Origin: Mobula hypostoma
Lineage: Eukaryota
Reading direction: 5' to 3'
Length of the DNA: 64,000 bases
Assembly: GCF_963921235.1 (NCBI RefSeq)
Contig: NC_086097.1
Coordinates: 72,604,001 to 72,668,000 of the forward strand
The notes under the pieces were generated by a model, which was not told the DNA's origin, did no database searches, and saw only the letters and a list, made by a program, of their open reading frames with translations. This document shows, piece by piece, positions 62,207 through 64,000 of the stretch (position 1 is its first letter; each line of letters begins with the position of its first letter). Position numbers and translations under genes: made by a program.

Positions 62207-64000
62207 TTAGCGGAAGTTAGAGAAGTCGATGTTCATGCCATCAGGTTGGAGGCTACCCAGACGGAATATAAGGTGTTGTTCCTCCAACCTGAGTGTGGCT
62301 TCATCTTTACAGTAGAGGAGGCCATGGATAGACATGTCAGAATGGGAATGGGATGTGGAATTAAAATGTGTGGCCACTGGGAGATCCTGCTTTCTCTGCC
62401 GGACAGAGCGTAGATGTTCAGCAAAGCGGTCTCCCAGTCTGCGTCGGGTCTCGCCAATATATAAAAGGCCACATCGGGAGCACCGGACGCAGTATATCAC
62501 CCCAGTCGACTCACAGGTGAAGTGAAGCCTCACCTGGAAGGACTGTTTGGGGCCCTGAATGGTGGTAAGGGAGGAAGTGTAAGGGCATGTGTAGTACTTG
62601 TTCCGCTTACACGGATAAGTGCCAGGAGGGTGATCAGTGGGGAGGGATGGGGGGGAACGAATGGACAAGGGAGTTGTGTAGGGAGCGATCCCTGCGGAAT
62701 GCAGGGGGGGGGAGGGAAAGATGTGCTTAGTGGTGGGATCCCGTTGGAGGTGGCGGAAGTTACGGAGAATAATATGTTGGACCCGGAGGCTGGTGAGGTG
62801 GTAGGTGAGGACCAGGGGAACCCTATTCCTAGTGGGGTGGTGGGAGGATGGAGTGAGAGCAGATGTACGTGAAATGGGGGAGATGCGTTTAAGAGCAGAG
62901 TTGATAGTGGAGGAAGGGAAGCCCCTTTCTTTAAAAAATGAAGTCATCTCCCTCGTCCTAGAATGAAAAGCCTCATCCTGAGAGCAGATGCGGCGGAGAC
63001 GGAGGAATTGCGAGAAGGGGATGGCGTTTTTGCAAGAGACAGGGTGAGAAGAGGAATAGTCCAGATAGCTGTGAGAGTCAGTAGGCTTATAGTAGACATC
63101 AGTGGATAAGCTGTCTCCAGAGACAGAGACAGAAAGATCTAGAAAGGGGAGGGAGGTGTCAGAAATGGACCAGGTAAACTTGAGGGCAGGGTGAAAGTTG
63201 GAGGCAAAGTTAATAAAGTCAACGAGTTCTGCATGCGTGCAGGAAGCAGCGCCAATGCAGTCGTCGATGTAGCGAAGGAAAAGTGGGGGACAGATACCAG
63301 AATAGGCACGGAACATAGATTGTTCCACAAAGCCAACAAAAAGGCAGGCATAGCCAGGACCCATACGGGTGCCCATAGCTACACCTTTAGTTTGGAGGAA
63401 GTGGGAGGAGCCAAAGGAGAAATTATTAAGAGTAAGGACTAATTCCGCTAGACGGAGCAGAGTGGTGGTAGAGGGGAACTGATTAGGTCTGGAATCCAAA
63501 AAGAAGCGTAGAGCTTTGAGACCTTCCTGATGGGGGATGGAAGTATATAAGGACTGGACATCCATGATGAAAATAAAGCGGTGGGGGCCAGGGAACTTAA
63601 AATCATCGAAAAGTTTAAGAGCGTGAGAAGTGTCACGAACATAGGTAGGAAGGGATTGAACAAGGGGGGATAAAACCGTGTCGAGGTATGCAGAAATGAG
63701 TTTGGTGGGGCAGGAGCAAGCTGAGACAATAGGTCAGCCAGGACAGGCAGGTTTGTGGATCTTGGGTAGGAGGTAGAAACGGGAAGTGCGGGGTGTGGGA
63801 ACTATAAGGTTGGTAGCAGTGGATGGGAGATCCCCTGAGCGGATAAAGTCGGTGAAGGTGTGGGAGACAATGGCCTGGTGCTCCTTAGTGGGGTCACGAT
63901 CGAGGGGTAAATAAGAGGAGGTATCCGCGAGTTGTCGCTGTGCCTCGGCAAGGTAGAGGTCAGTATGCCAGACTACAACAGCACCCCCCTTATCGGCGGG
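62207..64000 (-). pseudogene. Penelope-like reverse transcriptase / GIY-YIG endonuclease ORF with one premature stop
   Basis: PADKGG, FYLLPKIHK, MDVQSLYTSIP, QTKGVAMG, RYIDD, FLDL, VIYCVRCSRCGLLYIGET..RFAEH and GMNIDF. TGA at 63734-63736 replaces R of PGRPIVS. Confidence 0.93.

Larger units (their letters stand above)
61778..64000 (-). mobile_element. Young Penelope-like retroelement; continues beyond the right edge
   Basis: RT plus GIY-YIG ORF, pyrimidine-rich 3' region, hammerhead motif and terminus. Many CpGs are retained. Confidence 0.95.

Noticed and set aside
1..64000. CRISPR arrays, rRNA, prokaryotic operons or an endogenous virus
   Set aside because: No regular repeat-spacer array, rRNA motif or viral ORF was seen. 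All RT-like ORFs are explained by non-LTR or Penelope-like elements.

Overview
Vertebrate nuclear DNA, most likely from a cartilaginous fish (shark or ray). This is inferred from the repeat mix of CR1, HE1/V-SINE-like, Penelope-like and Rex-Babar-like elements, not from a database search. The only host gene I can support is NOVA1 (+ strand). The window holds about 20.7 kb of its last intron(s), the terminal coding exon (20764-21771, KH2-linker-KH3) and a repeat-free 3' UTR of about 2.1 kb. The rest is intergenic DNA rich in retroelements. The most notable observations are: (1) a candidate 12-nt in-frame microexon (GKAR) 170 nt upstream of the terminal exon; (2) Val at the KH2 position described as the modern-human-specific NOVA1 I197V change; (3) a dense YCAY cluster over the predicted poly(A) site; (4) an intact minimal hammerhead ribozyme in a young Penelope-like element, plus at least six short hairpin elements built from two inverted Penelope termini; (5) an approximately 19-kb CpG-retaining domain downstream of NOVA1 with no recognisable gene. 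Repeat boundaries are approximate and family names come from motif recognition by eye. Comparisons with human NOVA1 are from memory and need an alignment.
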